A DNA stretch of 64,000 nt from Octopus bimaculoides (GCF_001194135.2 NC_068982.1:36290083-36354082); one strand, 5' to 3'. Counted from the first letter of the stretch, positions 25,688 to 39,099 are shown. A program made the numbers and translations. The notes: generated by a model not told the origin, from the sequence alone.

Positions 25688-25824
25688 CAATGAAATCAAG
25701 GGAACTCTGGTGGTTGCATGTAATTATATAAGGCCCTTTAACCACTTCGAGATTTTTCTTTCCTCTTGTTTCAACATCTATTCCCAAAATGTACTTCACA
25801 CACCAAAATGTATATTTCAGAATC
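25688..25824 (-). CDS. AGPAT1/2: 1-acyl-sn-glycerol-3-phosphate acyltransferase, first exon seen in window (equivalent to human AGPAT2 exon 2), 137 bp
   Basis: Polypyrimidine tract ...ctttatAG then G ATT CTG AAA... encoding ILKYTFWCVKYILGIDVETRGKKNLEVVKGPYIITCNHQSSLDFI-G, then GTAAGT donor. Contains acyltransferase motif I NHQSxLD. Phases (2 in, 1 out) join the next exon in frame. Confidence 0.95.
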
Positions 25825-26587
25825 CTATAAAGAGATGAAAGCAAAATTAATAATAATAAAAATCCAAACAATGGGAAAAGGTCTCTCTCTCTCTCTCTCT
25901 CTCTCTCCCTCTCCCTCTCCCTCTCTCTCTCTATATATATATATATACACATACACACAATTGAAACAATATAAAGAAGAACAATTACAAAATATTTAAG
26001 GTGCTGAACTACTGCCCACCATAAGTTTAAACCTTAAGAGTACTTTATATGTAAGAGATGCACCAACAATATGCAAATATCTTTGTCCGTGAAAATAGTT
26101 CTATTTATACTGAAAAGTTAAATGGATATAAAAGCAAAAAAATAATAATATTTAGATTATGAAATTTTGATTTTGGTGATGGAAATAATGAAACTATTTT
26201 GACTTTATCTTTAATAAATACTGACGTGTTATAGACAATCAACATCTTTCTTTAATACTGATTTCTTACATAGGTACAAAACCCGTAATTTTAGGGAAAA
26301 AAAGAACAGGAGTAGTATGAACCCCAGGACTTGAATTGTACATTATCAACTTGGGAAAGATGAAAGGATGAAAAGTTGACATGGGTAATATTTGAACTCA
26401 GAATGTACAGAACCTGGACAAATGAAACAAAGCAATATTTTTGATTCTCTAATGATTCTCCCAACATTGATTAATTTCAAGTACCAATTGTTATTTGAAT
26501 GAATCAACATTAAGATCCATGTCTTCTACATCCAAGAGCTTATAGGAAAACTTAGTCCAGATTTATTATATTTAATGGTCTCAAGGT

Positions 26588-26945
26588 GAAGGTGCATGGC
26601 TCAGTTGTTAAAGCATTGGGCACACAATAAGGTAGTGAGTTTGATTCCTGGATTGGGCTGTGTGTTGTGTTCTTGAGCAAGATACTTTATTCCACGTTGC
26701 TCCAGTTCACTCTGCTGTAGAAATGAGTTGAATATCACTGGTGCCAAACTGTAGCAGCCTTTGCCTTTCCCTTGGATATCAGTGGTATGGAGAGGGAAGG
26801 CTGGTATGCATGGGTGACTGCTCGTCTTCCTTAAACAACCTTGCCTGGACTTGTGCCATGGAGGATAACTTTCTAGGTGCAATTCCATGGTCATTCATGA
26901 CCAAAGGGGGTTTTTACCCTTTACCCTTCTATGGTCTTAAGAAAG
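26588..26945 (+). mobile_element. tRNA-derived SINE of a second family
   Basis: A-box TGGCTCAGTTG and B-box-like GAGTTTGATTCC, then GTGTTCTTGAGCAAGATACTTTATTCCACGTTGCTCCAGTTCACTC central domain. Confidence 0.7.
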
Positions 26946-27914
26946 ATAGAAAATAAAAAGGAAGATTTTGATGAATTTCATGTTCTTTGTTAAGTAGCTT
27001 GTTTATCAACCACATGGTTCCGGGTTTAGTCCCACTGCGTGGCACTTTGGGCAAGTGTCTTCTACTATAGCCTCGGACCGACCAAAGCCTTGTGAGTGGA
27101 TTTGGTGGATGGAAACTGAAAGAAGCCTGTCGTATACATTACATTGTAGGGTAGGTATGAGAGGCTGGATCTGGCTGGTTTGAACATAAAACAAGGATAA
27201 TATTTGGGCTGGATATGGAGGTTTTAAAATCTAAAGGGTTAAAATTATCTGAAATGAAACTTTGCTTTAAAATTTCATGTTAATTTATGTTTCACAGCTT
27301 AATAATGATTAAAGTTATATTTATGAAATTTTTAATTATTTTCCAAATTAATTGAAACAAAAACAATGTACTTCAACTGGTCTATTGAAAGAAAAGGATT
27401 AATTATATCTAACAAGAATTCTATTTTTTCATTCTTAACTTTGTAGTATTTTTATACATGAGAGGAAAACATTCATCAGCCTTTAATTAATTAAATCATG
27501 ACTAGCAGCAGTTCTACCACAGGCATTTAATATTTTAGTTCTCATTATTAACTTTTTCTTACATCGGTTCATAATCTTAGTTAAGCCGATTACACAAAAA
27601 ATAGCTGTGTTATCATTATTTGAGTTTAAGTCTAAATCATAAAAAGAAAATAAAGATAGCTTTTGTTCCCCTTCTAATGACGCCTTGAGATAGATCAGCT
27701 ATAGTAGAAAAGAATTAAGATAATGCAACTTTTGAAATTATGTGAATTTCATTTACAGTACTATATATAGTCTAAAAAATCAAGAGTACAATGAGAGCAT
27801 TGACATGGTCTCATTTCATTCAAATATGCTATTTTAGCTTCTTTTATTAAATATTAGAATATAGGTTCTACTCCCTCTCTCTTGTGTATATACATACATA
27901 TATATATATAAATA

Positions 27915-27947
<33 letters not shown>

Positions 27948-27994
27948 ACATATATACATACATACATATATACATATATAAATACATATACATA

Positions 27995-28190
27995 CTTGTT
28001 GCCAGTGTCCTTGTAAATGGCTCGCACAGCTCTCACTAACCATTCATCTATCGCTAGTTTCCTCTTTGACCACTAGATAAGGGATTGGGCGACCCTGTCA
28101 AAGGCTTTCTCCTGCAGCTGTCTTACCAGAAATATAACATCAGTGGTGCTTTTTCCTGGCACGAACCCAAACTGCATCCCATCTAAACTA
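27995..28190 (-). mobile_element. Isolated RTE reverse-transcriptase fragment between microsatellites
   Basis: [59 protein letters not shown], homologous to 55640-55880. Confidence 0.8.
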
Positions 28191-28191
28191 T

Positions 28192-28244
<53 letters not shown>

Positions 28245-29889
28245 CTCTATGCTTATGTGTGAGCATATTTGTCTTTCTGTGTGTGAGGGGAGGGAAAGTG
28301 TTTATGTTAGTCACGTTTGTTTCCTTCCTCTCTGTCTGTCTGCCTGTCTCTCACCCTTTCTATTTGTATGTGTATATTTCTGCACATACATATATGCATG
28401 TGTGTTTGCCTCCACCATCAATGCAGGCCGAATGTCCATTCAGCTGTGCCAAATTGTTAGTGTCCATACAACTATACCCAATCATCTCATTCTGATTAAT
28501 ATTAATCAGTAACAATCTTAGTGCTAATGTTTAGTCGCTTCTAATTAGGGAATATGATTTAAGATCTTCGGCTAACTGGACTTACCCATGCAATTAATAG
28601 AAAAGTTATCTTTATTTATTTCATTATGACTGCTTTTATAGATAAACTTAAATATAAAAGGGTAATGAAACCAAAGAACATTGTCACAATCGAAATATTG
28701 CTTTCATATTATTCCATTAAAAGAATGCAGAAGTACAAGCAGACCAGTTCATAAGTTATACTTAAAATAACTTGATGCATTACTGAATCAATGAACAAGT
28801 ATAACTATTTTCAAAGGTGAAAGAAAGCATAGAGGAATGATGCAACTTTGATTATTTGTCAATATTACGTCAATGCTGGAATAATGTCAAGAAGGACTCC
28901 ATATATATATATATGTATGTGTGTGCATGTATCTATGTATGTACACAATCTATCTATATATATATATATACATACATGCACACACACACACATATAAAAA
29001 TACATACAAAATAAGAGAATGAGTAAAGGTGGTGAGAGGGTAAAAAATGATTAGGGGTGTTAGGAAAGGAGGAAATGGGAGGAGAAGAGAAGGAAAAGAG
29101 GTAAAAAGTGAGGTATTGAACAAAAAGGGAAGGAGTTCATTTAAGAGCTAAGAATATATATATTAGGCAATGAGTACAAAAAGAAAATCTAAGTGGGATA
29201 AGTTTTAACAAATGTATTAGTTTAACACTTAAAAAGAAGGGAAAGAGTCATGTGTGTGTGTGGTATACCAATCTCTCCACCCTGAATACAGAGGCTGGAT
29301 TTACTATGTCTATATGCATTCACTACACGTTGAATATTGTTAACTTTGAGTGAACTCCATTTATTACCATTATTATGTAATTTCGAGCCCCCAGAAACAG
29401 CTGTTGGACCTGTAATACCATACTTTCTCCCCTTAGTTTTTTGTGTCCTTGTACTGTGCATAAATCTGCTCTCTTAATATATAAATATCTATAGACTTTT
29501 AGATGACTGTTCATTATCTTAACATTTTAGTCTTTATTTGAATCTATATATGTATATTTTATATAAAGCCCAAGCTTGTTTATATGTTTATTTGCATCAT
29601 TATCTCCATACAGACATTATATTACATACACATATACATGTACACATATATACACGCACATACATATGCACACACGTGAACTTAAGGAAATATTTAAGTC
29701 ATATTTGATTGATTGGACCATATATGTTTTTATTAAAAATAACAAAATCATTTGGTTTATTTGATATTTTAGTAGATCAAAATAGTTTTCAGATACAAGA
29801 ATGTATCATATATATCATTAAAAGTGTGTAGATAACTATGTAACTCTTTAACTAGTTCTGGGGCACCACCGTTGGCTTTGCCAAGTCTT

Positions 29890-30250
29890 CACTATTTGAA
29901 ACTTCCTCTGATATGTGACATTTGGTGAATGAGGGAATTTGATGCTGCTGCCTTCATCTGTATTTCTAGCTGTGAGGACGGCTCACCTGGAATCCTTGAC
30001 AGAAGGAGATCCAGTTTTGTTTTGAAGATACCTACATCCACACCATGCAGCTCTCTCAGGCTTTTTGAAAGGATACTGAAGAGCTGTGGGCTCTTGAAGC
30101 CCAAGCCATTTCAGTATCTGGCTTTGTATGTTGATGATGTTGGGATCTTTGGAACTATGCAGTGGTGCCTTGTTCTGCTGTTTGTGTAACTTTTAATGCT
30201 AAAGTTTAGTGTTATCATGATTTCATACAGGTATCTATATATGTATAAGT
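29890..30250 (-). mobile_element. CR1-like LINE ORF2 C-terminus
   Basis: TRHHCIVPKIP...GLGFKSPQLFSILSKSLRELHGVDVGIFKTKLDLLLSRIPGEP...AAASNSLIHQ. Confidence 0.65.
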
Positions 30251-30552
30251 GATCACCAGTAGATGTGTAATAGAATCAAGGAACGAGATAAAAGGCATTT
30301 GACAGGACAGCAGGTCGCTACAACCAAACACAATCTGCATGAAGAAATAACATGCAGGAAGAGAGGAACATACTCTGGTTTAACTCACCTAACCTTTGTA
30401 ATAAAGCAATTCCCCTTCTAATAAATGAATACTTATTGCAATATTATAATTACATCGGTCCTTTAACAAAAATCTCAAGATTTCTTATGGTGCAACTCCT
30501 TTGATGAAAAGTTATATATCAGTACATAACACCAAAGTATGGGCAATGTAAC

Positions 30553-30780
30553 TGGCACTCCATTAATTATGAAGACGAGAGTTCCAGTTGATATGATCAA
30601 TGGAACAGCCTGCTTGTGAAATTAATGTGCAAGTGGCTGAGCACTCCACAGACATGTGTACCCTTAACATAGTTCTCATGTGTACCCTTAACATATGACA
30701 AGGCTGACTCTTTGAATATAGATATAACTCATTTTTGCTAGCTGGGTGGATTGGAGCAATGTGAAATTGCTGCCAGGAAG
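30553..30780 (-). mobile_element. SINE 3' portion sharing its tail with 60704-61082
   Basis: Reverse complement of GTGGAGTGCTCAGCCACTTGCACATTAATTTCACAAGCAGGCTGTTCCATTGATC...GGAGTGCCAG. Confidence 0.7.
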
Positions 30781-31871
30781 CATACATGTAACCTTATGAT
30801 TGTGAGCTGAATACCTTAAGCACTAAGCCTTAACATAGACAATGTAACCTAGGAACAATATTAGGATTATATTAGACAACTTGTACTTAGAAAAAGAAAC
30901 ATCAGCTGCTCCTGTACCACAAACTGATGACAACATATCATACATCAGTCTAACCTTGATCCTATAAAAAAAAAATTTTTGAAAACCCTTTATCAACACA
31001 CTAGTTTTGTTAAAATAGGGGCACATCATGGGTAGAAATTTTTACTAGTCAAAGCATTGTTTTAAATTATCAATCACATTTTTAACTGATTCACTTTCTC
31101 TAGTATCAATAGATATATTTGTAAAACCATGGTATGGATTTAAACACACAGACACACATGCACACTAGTATGGATGTATGTAACAAGTAATACATACACA
31201 TTTTGCTATAATGTGTTTGTTATTCAAAACGATTTAGCATCTTGTAAAATACATTTTTCAGCTGTCAAAATTAAAAACATATGTCCTAACTATACAAGCA
31301 TAAAGAAAAAGAAAATTATGCGAGTGTAAAAGATCTGAGTATTTTTCTAAGTTTTGAATATGTAAAACCTGTTTGAGATAATGAACAAAAACATTAAAGA
31401 AAAGCCTTACAAAGAAATCCTTGCACTAAAAATAATGATTTAGATTTTCTATCACTGACACAAGATATAAAATAAACACTATATGTTTATCAAATGGAGT
31501 AGTAACTGGGCACAGGCATGCCTATGTGGTTAAGAAGGCTGCTTTGCAACCAAGTCATTTCTGATTCAATCCCATTAAATGGTAGCTTAGGCAAATGTCT
31601 TCTACAATACTCTTGGCTCAACCTATGTGATGTCTGTGAAATTTGATAGACAGAGACTGTGTAAAAACAGTGCACATTTTATATACATATGCTTGATCGC
31701 TAAATCCCAAAGTTTTTAAAATTTCTTTCTGTTTATTTTTTCTTATTCCTTTCTGTTGTAGAGCGTAGGCTCAAAAAGTAAGACTTTCTCACTTTCCTGA
31801 GCATCAAACTAATACACCTGTTTGTTGTTCATACACCTGTCTTCATCTTTTGTTTCTCTGTAAATTTCAAC

Positions 31872-31915
<44 letters not shown>

Positions 31916-34637
31916 TAAATCTCTCTTGATTCACTAGAAGTGATAAATTACAGGACTCTAAAAATGCAGCTGATGATCAGAAACAAGTAACTCTTAAGTA
32001 TTGGAGCCTTTCACTTATATTCGGTCCAGGTTTCCAGTTTGAAGATATATTCCTTCCACCACTCTTGGGGGCACTGTGAAGGATCATGAGCACTACTTTT
32101 CCTTCTGATTAAAATGTTATACATACATTGTTAAGAAAATTGTCAATAAACTTAGTGTTGGTGTCCAAAAATTACTTTGTGATATTTATTATGGCTAGGT
32201 TTCATAAACATCTCCTTATCGCTCTAGATGTAAAACTAGTGATTAGGTTTAATGTAAACATATAATCAATGGCACTATTTGTTCACAAAATGCTGTATTA
32301 GTTTCTTCAATAACTCTTTTGTTAGGTTTTCTGTTCAATGATTTTGTTGATATAAACAATTTTAATTCCCTAACAGTTAACAATATACACTAGACAACTT
32401 AGCATATATGGAGCCCCAACATAGTNNNNNNNNNNAATTACACCCTATTAGGTAAAAAAAAAAAAAAATGAATCATATAGGCTTAAACATACCATGCTAG
32501 CAAAATAAATAAAGGTAGGAAGGTAGGTTGATCAGTGCTAGACTATTTTGGTAATATGCCTAATTTGTCCACCTTGACCTGAGACTAAACCACAACAAAG
32601 GTAAAAGTGACAACAAACCAAAATTGGAAACTAAAGAATAGTTTATTTATAGTGTTACTATTTGTATCTTATGTCCACTATATTAGTTAGTCATTTCTTG
32701 ATGAATCACAATGATGGAGTAGTTCGTATTTATCCACTGGGACATCACTATACTGGCAAAAAGCTGAACAACAATCTTATATGTTTTATATGCCATCAAT
32801 ACAAGTAAAGAAACTGAGTGCTACCTTGTTATGGTGTTCTAAAGTGGAAACATTTATTTTTTGTGAATCAATAAAGGTGTAATCAATTAAATTTGAGTTC
32901 CAGGAATATTGATACAGAAGGCTGAGTCTCGAATATCAGGAAACACTTGACCAAAATTCAATTTTTAGTAGTCTTTCACAACAAAATCTTGTGTATAATA
33001 GTTGCCTACACCTGCAAAATGCATTGAATCCTATCCCATCTATATGGGCAGGAATAGCTAGACAAATATGACTAGACAGAGATAGTTAGACAGATATAGC
33101 TAGATAGATACAACTAAACATTATTCTACTCTGGATAAGAACTTCAGTCTTTATTGGCAATAGACTGGTTATATTTCTACAATACACAAAATATTTTAGC
33201 AAGTTTTTTTTTATACAATTCCTAATAATATTTAATTATAAAAATACAAAAGGATTTTTTAAACATCAAATGGCTGGATGGGTCCATTCAAGTAAAATTG
33301 GAATCGAAGGGGTCCATAGGTAAAAAATGGTTGAGAAACACTGGTCTACAGTAGTGAGTCATATGGATCTCCAACTACAACTAAATAGACCGGATAATAG
33401 ACAGTTAGGAGTCACTATTAGGGAAGCAGTTACAGTGTCAGGCCAGGAGCTACTAACTGTTTAGCCAACATGCTGATACACTGTTGAGTCAGCTTGCAGT
33501 GTTATGACTAAGACTTGTCCAATGACAATAATGGAACCACCAGTATATAGTTTCACAAATCCCAATGATATTTATGGGATAATGTAAATTTATGATTTCT
33601 AACAGACACAAGTTCTCAAGTTTTAGAGGAGAGTTTAGTGAAGTTAGAATTGACTGATATTATTTTATCAACTCTTTCAAGATGGAAAACAAGACTGGCC
33701 TTGGAGAGGGATTTAAACTCAGAATGGGATGTAACTAAATACTGCAAGATATTTTGTCTATGACTCAACTGATTCTGCCAGCCATATTCTATTGCCTGTA
33801 AATATATATATATTTCGTTTCATTTTTATATTATGCTTGTTTTTTTTCCATACTTGCATGAGTTAGTGATATGTAATCAAAGCACTGGTGTTGCAACTGA
33901 ATGCCCTTCCTGAGGATATCCCTTACCTGTTGTTCAAGTAAGGGATCTCTTATTCCACGTGGCTTTGAAAGTACAAAGTGAGTGGTTGATTTGTTGACAG
34001 GAGTGCTAACAACAACAACAGCATTGTCCGTATGTTGCAACTTTCAGAGAAACAAGTGAGATGTAAATAAACACAGTCTTGCACACAAACACAAAATGGT
34101 CTTTTAGTTTTTGTCAACCAAATCCACCCACAAGTCTATGGTCTACCTAGAGCTATAGTAGAAGACATTTGCCCAAGGTGCTGAACAGTGGAACTGAACC
34201 AGAAATTACAGGAACTACCTGGTTGAGAAACAAACTTCTTAACCACACAAGACAATGTTGTTGACATTGCCTGGCATTTCTGCCCTTTCAAAGATGAATG
34301 AAATCAAAACTCCATTGAAAAACAGGCATAGGTTAGCCATAGGAAGAGAAGCAGGCTTTAAAAACAATAGCTCAGTAAAATGTATTTATCTAACTCATGC
34401 TACCAGGCAAAAGCAGGCATAAAGATGAATACATATATATATATATAATACAAAGAATATATATACATGTATACACACATATATGTACATACATCTACAT
34501 GTGCATATATATGCATATCAGGGTACAGGACGTTAGAACAATGAACTACAGACAACGGAACGAACACATAGGAAAACGGAAAGCCACTTGGAATATTCCT
34601 TCATCAGCTGTCTCTATTCTAACTAGACGTTTCGAAG

Positions 34638-34696
<59 letters not shown>

Positions 34697-34698
<2 letters not shown>

Positions 34699-35914
34699 GG
34701 AAGTAAATAGACACCTTTAATTTTCAAAATCTTTTATTTAATATGCAAAGTGAGCAACTGAAATGTAATCAATAGGTAGGACTACACAGTTTAGTATTTA
34801 GTTGACATTCCCTTTGCAGTTTTTAATTCAGAAACTCTTTTGGGCATTGAACCGATGAGCTTTGTGGAATTTCTGCCCACTTTTCATGTAACAATTGAAA
34901 CAATTCATATTTAGATTTAGGTTTCTGTCGAGTTTTTTTTGTATCGATCTATCTAGTATGCTCCAAACATTTTCAATTGGGTTCATGTCAGGCGATTGGC
35001 TCGGCCAAGGAAGCTTTTTGATCCCATTTTCAGCCAGCCGTTGTTGATTCCTATTTGCTGCGTGGCATGGAGCCCCATCTTCCATGAATAAAAACTAATT
35101 TTTTGCTATGTTATAGAGTGAATACATCGGGAGTAGTCCTTGCTGAAGTATTTTGATGTATAATTCAGAGTTTATGGTTCCAACACATTCGATCAGCTCA
35201 GAACGATCATTGCTAGTGACAGTCCCCATATCATTACAGAGACACGCCATGTTTCACAGGTGGTTGGAGTCGTTTCAAATCAAATTCTTGATTGGGAAGC
35301 CTCCAGACCCAAACACGTTCACTGTCTGAAAATAATGTAAATCTGGATTCATCTGAGAAAATCACTCTATCCCAAAATGAACTGGATTTTTCTGACATCT
35401 CCTTAGCCCATTTCTTTCTTTCCATGATATTAATTGGTTGAAGGAAAGGTTTTCTTCTAGCTGCTCATCCATAATACCCAAGATTATGCAGATATGTAAC
35501 ACACATTCTTGGACTAACTTCTAGCTATTTTGCAATGTCAAAAGCCTTCGAACGGGGTTTGTTTTCTACAATTCTCTTCAAACAGTGAAGCTTCATTCCC
35601 GAGGGCCCAGGTCGGTTGGGACAAGAATCTGTTGATTCTTTTCCTTGGCTTTTGAATTGCACTATAATTCTATTAACAGTAGCAAGAGGAATTTGAAGGA
35701 TTTCGGCAATTTTTCGCTGGCTAAGACCAGACTCAGATTACCCAACAAAACAACCTCTTTGAAAACCTGATAGTTCTACTGAATTTTTTGTGCGTGGCAT
35801 GGTTACTCTTCGCAAATGTTTAATATAATGGTAACTGGAACGAAAAATAATTACATTGTAAATTCTATACCACTGAAAACATTAAGATGTTTAGATCAGA
35901 AATTTTGAAAATTA
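34697..35914 (-). mobile_element. Tc1 (DD34E) transposon, defective; right end runs into an N gap
   Basis: ATG at 35800 MPRTKNSVELSGFQRG...[20 protein letters not shown] (HTH), [16 protein letters not shown]...WPSQSPDMNPIE (34 residues between D and E). TAATTTTCAAAAT near the left end is mirrored at 35902-35914. Confidence 0.88.
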
Positions 35915-35924
35915 NNNNNNNNNN

Positions 35925-35965
<41 letters not shown>

Positions 35966-37644
35966 GTATGTCCCATTTTTTTTTGTATTCCTTTATATAT
36001 ATATATATATATGCACAAGCCAAAGTGGGAACCTCTAAGCAGTTGCAGAGCCTACAAAACAGTCTCAATTTTTCCACTACATATTACTTTAAAATCTACC
36101 TCAAATCACATGTTAAAAGGAATTAATGGATATTGTAGTTCTATATACATTACATCAGGAACATCATACCGAAATAGTTTTTATCATAGGTTTGTTGGAT
36201 CAGGACTAACCCAGGTTAAACAACATATAAATGTAGGAGGAAATTTAAGCTCTGAGTTATAAACAAATTCATAGATACACAGTGTCATCATGAAAATAAT
36301 ATTTATTTTGGTAAAATTGCTACACAATATTTCTATTTGGTCTCTTCACATGCATATCATTAACTGTAAAAGATACTGTTATTAAATTGTGTAGGTGTGC
36401 ATGACATTAGCACAGCTGTTGTGCGTGATTATGTATGCTGATACAGGAACATGCCTACAGATTACTGCTTATGAAAAATATCTGCACACAGAAGAAAAAA
36501 AAAACTAAATGTGCATTAGCCCGGAAAAGAAAATATGTACATGTCTAAGAGAACAGTTGTTCATGGGTGAATAGAGGCATATGCATAAAATAGTGTGTTC
36601 ATGCATATGTATATAGTATATACATAAGAGTATGTAACTACTCATATGCAGGCTAGGGTATGTTTGTATGTATGTGCAAAGAAATATGAATATATGTGCG
36701 TGATTGTGTCTCAGAAGCTGTCATATGAATGCACCTATTTGTGCATTTTATTGTATCCAGGCATGTGCGTATGCATGTGTGTGTGTATGTGTGTGTGAGA
36801 GTGAGAGCATATGCATTTGTATATGTTTGTATCAGTGTCCTAATTATGCTTTTATGTAATACTGAAAAAACTAATACCAATCAGTTTATGATTGAATACA
36901 TTACCTAAAACTGGCCACTCTAAGACTGAAAGGAGCTTTGGTTTGTTTCCAGTATGAAATTATCTTGACAGATGACATCCAACAGAGATTCAATGCATCA
37001 GATTTCATTTCTGATTTAATTTTAGTTAGAAGAGGCTAAACCCCACCCATTTGTTTATCTGTATTTATGGTCGTTAGAAACTTGAGAATAGCTATTGATT
37101 TTCATTTGCTTGAAAACTTACATTTACAGAAGTGAATTAGTTTTCATGTGAATACTGCAAGTAAAACTGCATGGAAACACAAATAAAAAGTGTAACCAAT
37201 GATTCAAAGATAAACAAACAAAGCTGTTCATGTCTTCCACACTTTCTCTCATCCCATCACCAATAAAAACAAAAGCTTATTTTGTGTATAGAAAGAAAAA
37301 GATAATTCAGATATTAGAATGGCAAAAAAAAAAAAAAAATTACAAAGATCAAACTCAAAATGATTATTTATCTCTCGTGTATGTATATTGTTAATATATT
37401 AAAAATTGCTGATATTCCTACCCAATACACCTTGTACACTAAACTTTTGAAACAGCAGCATCCAGAATAATGGAAACTCACGCTAATGGTACTTTTAAAA
37501 ATTGTTATAGTAAAAGAAAACAGTTAGGCACCTGCTGCTGTCATTTATATAATGAATACTATGCAGATAACAAGCGAAGCCTGTAGTACTGTATTTTAAA
37601 CAAGTCATTCTTTTGTTATACATACAATTGCAGTGCTTAAAGTT

Positions 37645-38810
37645 ATTGAGAAGAAGAAACAAAGGTGAACAACATTAACATTTAGTGACAAACTAAACAT
37701 TAAGAAAATGAAATGAAGCTTAATAAAAGTGTGTTAACAATTTAACATTGGATTGCTAACTATACAACATTAAGAACACAAACTTTTAAATTCGACAGCA
37801 TTTTCTTAAACAGCAAATTGGAAAAGCCTGCATATTAAACTTTAGATAAAATATTGCACATAGGATTTTTTTTAATTGAAATTTTCAGATGGCATGGCTA
37901 TACTGGGGCCAATGATTTTAGGCAAAGCAAAATATTTTTAAAGAAAAAAAAAAAAAAGATTTGGGGATCATAAAAATGTCAAAGAATAAGAAAAAATTTG
38001 TCATAAAATAATCAGCATACTCTGAAGCACCTTATGTATATACTCTTTTACTTGTTTCAGTCATTTGACTGCGGCCATGCTGGAGCACCGCCTTTAGTCG
38101 AGCAAATAGACCCCAGGACTTATTCTTTGTTAGCCTAGTACTTATTCTATCGGTCTCTTTTGCCGAACCGCTAAGTTACGGGGACGTAAACACACCAGCA
38201 TCGGTTGTCAAGCGATGTTGGGGGGGACAAACACAGACACACATATATATATACATATACATACGACGGGCTTCTTTTCAGTTTCCGTCTACCAAATCCA
38301 CTCACAAGGCTTTGGTTGCTATAGTAGAAGACACTTGCCCAAGGTACCACGCAGTGGGACTGAACCCAGAACCATGTGGTTGGTAAGCAAGCTACTTACC
38401 ACACAGCCACTCCTGCGCCTGAGGCTTTTGACGAACTTGTCAAAGAACATAATTTTACAACTTATTGATTATAAACAATAAAACTAGTCTTTGCTATAAA
38501 TATTTACCAATGAAAACATTGGCAAGTTCTCATCAAGAAATGAGTCTTAAATTTCAGATTATGAAAGTATTTTTTAATGTCCATCACCCAATATTACCTT
38601 CTATACACTCAACAGACCAAAGAATCAACAATGAAGTTTCTATGCTTAAATTTCAATGCTAATTTACAATTAAGATTACATTATTTTCACTTGCTGTGGC
38701 TTGGATTTCTACTGAGCTTCTCTTTTCAGAGCATAGTGAAAATTTGTCCTATTTTCATGTTTAAGTGTCTGATGCAGACGAAGACGATTTTGGTGGTTTT
38801 AATGTTTAAC
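37645..38810 (+). mobile_element. pogo/Tigger (CENP-B/Jerky-like) transposase relic, internally deleted and split by a SINE
   Basis: KKKQR*TTLTFSDKLNI...QFNIGLLTI (N-terminal HTH), GMAILGPMILGKAKYF (compare GPMLQEKA) and acidic tail SDADEDDFGGFNV*. Confidence 0.5.
38043..38420 (-). mobile_element. tRNA-derived SINE, CpG-rich low-divergence copy; further copies or fragments at ~27005-27135(+), 31506-31670(+), 34085-34250(-), 43610-43925(-), 47230-47350(-), 48940-49080(-)
   Basis: Head GGCGCAGGAGTGGCTGTGTGGTAAGTAGCTTGCTTACCAACCACATGGTTCTGGGTTCAGTCCC on the minus strand, retaining CpGs. Confidence 0.88.
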
Positions 38811-39099
38811 TGAACACAAAAGAAATAATGCAGAGAGTTCAGACATCAATAGAAAATCCATTACATAATCTCAAAGATATTGATTGGAATGCAGTTGATA
38901 ATGATATTAAATCAAACTTGTATGAACTGGAAGATTATTGACTTTATGGTTAATCCTCAAAATCAAGATGTAGCAATTTTTCCAAGTGAAGTTAATGCTC
39001 AATTGCACATGGGATACAATTCTTTCCTATTCTGAAGAGAATCAGTTTTTCTGTGCCAGAGTTTCTTGAATTTTTTATACTTATGAAACTCCTTAGATC

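Noticed and set aside
25825-25958. ERERER and hydrophobic stretch preceding the NHQSSLD exon in the ORF track
   Set aside because: Intronic (GA)n microsatellite and polypyrimidine tract; a good AG acceptor lies at 25826-25825.
31990-32110. Possible pogo DDE fragment (RKVVLMILHSAP...PNISERLQYL) on the minus strand
   Set aside because: Too short and degenerate, with the catalytic Asp absent, to support without an alignment.
36903-37010. Open minus-strand frame ending AG|GTAATG in phase 2
   Set aside because: The peptide (MKSDALNLCWMSSVKIISYWKQTKAPFSLRVASF) has no AGPAT or membrane-helix character.
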